In this document: positions 62,764 to 64,000 of the stretch, in pieces | Numbering within the stretch: position 1 is the stretch's first letter | How the letters are laid out: every line of letters starts with the position of its first letter | Source of the DNA: Alloascoidea hylecoeti | Lineage: Eukaryota | DNA: 64,000 nt | NCBI GenBank assembly: GCA_001600815.1 | Contig: BCKZ01000017.1 | Coordinates: 1 to 64,000, forward strand | Direction of reading: 5' to 3' | Position numbers and translations under genes: made by a program | The notes under the pieces: model-generated | What the model was told of the DNA's origin: nothing | What the model saw: only the letters and a program-made list of their open reading frames with translations | The model's database searches: none

Positions 62764-63563
62764 GTTTTGCATTAAAAAATTTCATCATCATTAATGATTA
62801 CACGAAAATGGGATTTTAATTATAATTCTTTTTCTTTCTACCTTTATCCTACTTGCTATATACATTTTAAACATGTATATAACGAATGTGATAATTTTCT
62901 ACATTTTGAAATATTTTTCATATAAATTCAGGGATTAGGGAAGAAGTCTAGATCAAATGATTCGGTTATTACCAATTAATTTTGTTAATAAATACAAAGC
63001 AAGCGAATGAGGAAACAAACATCACAGGTAATTATAAAAAACAGTTTATTATTTCTTTTTTTATTCAAATGTTAACATCGGTCTAATATTAACATTGTTG
63101 GATTAAACAGGTAGAGTATGTGGTCTTTTAATTTCAATTCGCTTCACTTACTTCATATTCTTCTTTTTTCTTTTTTCCTCTTTCCTCTTTCCTTTCTCTT
63201 TTCTCCTTTTTTCTTTTTTAATTTTCACTCTTAGTATAAAATTTGCTATGGTATGATAGGTAAGTGAATTAGATCATGATTAAATTATTATATGAGACAC
63301 ATTGAAACCGAAGAAAACGAGTAGATAAATTGACAATTCCCTAAAATTCAGCTGGGTAGATTTTAATTGCAATTAATTGAGTAGTTTTAAGTTCCTTGGC
63401 AATTTACAAAATGGATTTAATCTAATCATACTTTTTTATAACTATAACCATTAATATATAGAGTGGACTGGATATCCATATACTAGGTTTTCGTTAGGTA
63501 CCCGTTTCTTGGTCTTACTTTTTTTTACTCTGCTGAAATATCTATTATTTAAAGATTATTAAC

Positions 63564-63578
63564 TATTATTATTATTAA

Positions 63579-63630
<52 letters not shown>

Positions 63631-63631
63631 G
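63564..63631. repeat. (ATT)n microsatellite
   Basis: Long, nearly pure TAT/ATT run. Confidence 0.95.
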
Positions 63632-64000
63632 TTATCATTTTAATCTAATTTTTTATTGTTTTTATCTTTTGTAATGCAAACAAATATTTTTTCTATTTAT
63701 TTAAACTTAAGCTTAACTAACTTTCAAATATATTTTTTAAACTGTTAGCCTATAAAGGATATAAAAACACATGAATTACAACAACGACACGAACTTGAAA
63801 GTTATCTAAATAAAATAATGAATGGGTATATCTATCAGTAACTATAAAACACCATGAACACCATATCACATATTTCAAACATCGAATTGGCATCTTGTTA
63901 ATATCAAAATCTACAAAGCAAGTACAAAACAATTGGATATCATACATTTTTTTGATTATTTAATAAAGATGTCAATTAATTAACGGCAACAAAATAATCA

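Noticed and set aside
63750..63947. 65-aa minus-strand ORF at the window end
   Set aside because: Short, no motif, probably UTR or intergenic.

Overview
AT-rich fungal nuclear DNA, most likely from a budding yeast (Saccharomycotina-like). Introns are short and spliceosomal, with GTATGT/GTAAGT/GTGAGT donors and CTAAC-type branch points near the AG. I do not assign a species. Clusters of conserved genes (AMD1, SRC1/HEH, a small mitochondrial membrane protein, FET3, a USP-domain protein, HAC1, glutaryl-CoA dehydrogenase, a secreted HExxH peptidase-like protein, ATG26, an MDL-type ABC transporter, RPP40, MET2, FRQ1, PAP1) alternate with transposon graveyards (about 1-5.7, 16-21, 25.4-28.2, 39.5-42 and 48-60 kb). 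These contain Ty1/copia, Tc1/mariner, hAT/MITE and probable L1-like remnants. The two most notable structures are: (1) a HAC1 locus with a predicted 26-nt Ire1 intron, a dual-coding 3' region whose unspliced frame carries a hydrophobic XBP1u-like segment, and a 3'UTR copy of the TGGCGCG/GCGAC bipartite targeting element; (2) a 2.5-kb insertion bounded by a ~41-bp direct repeat, carrying a captured AIM6 gene fragment between circularly permuted halves of a transposon terminal repeat. All homology calls are motif recognition by eye; no searches were run.
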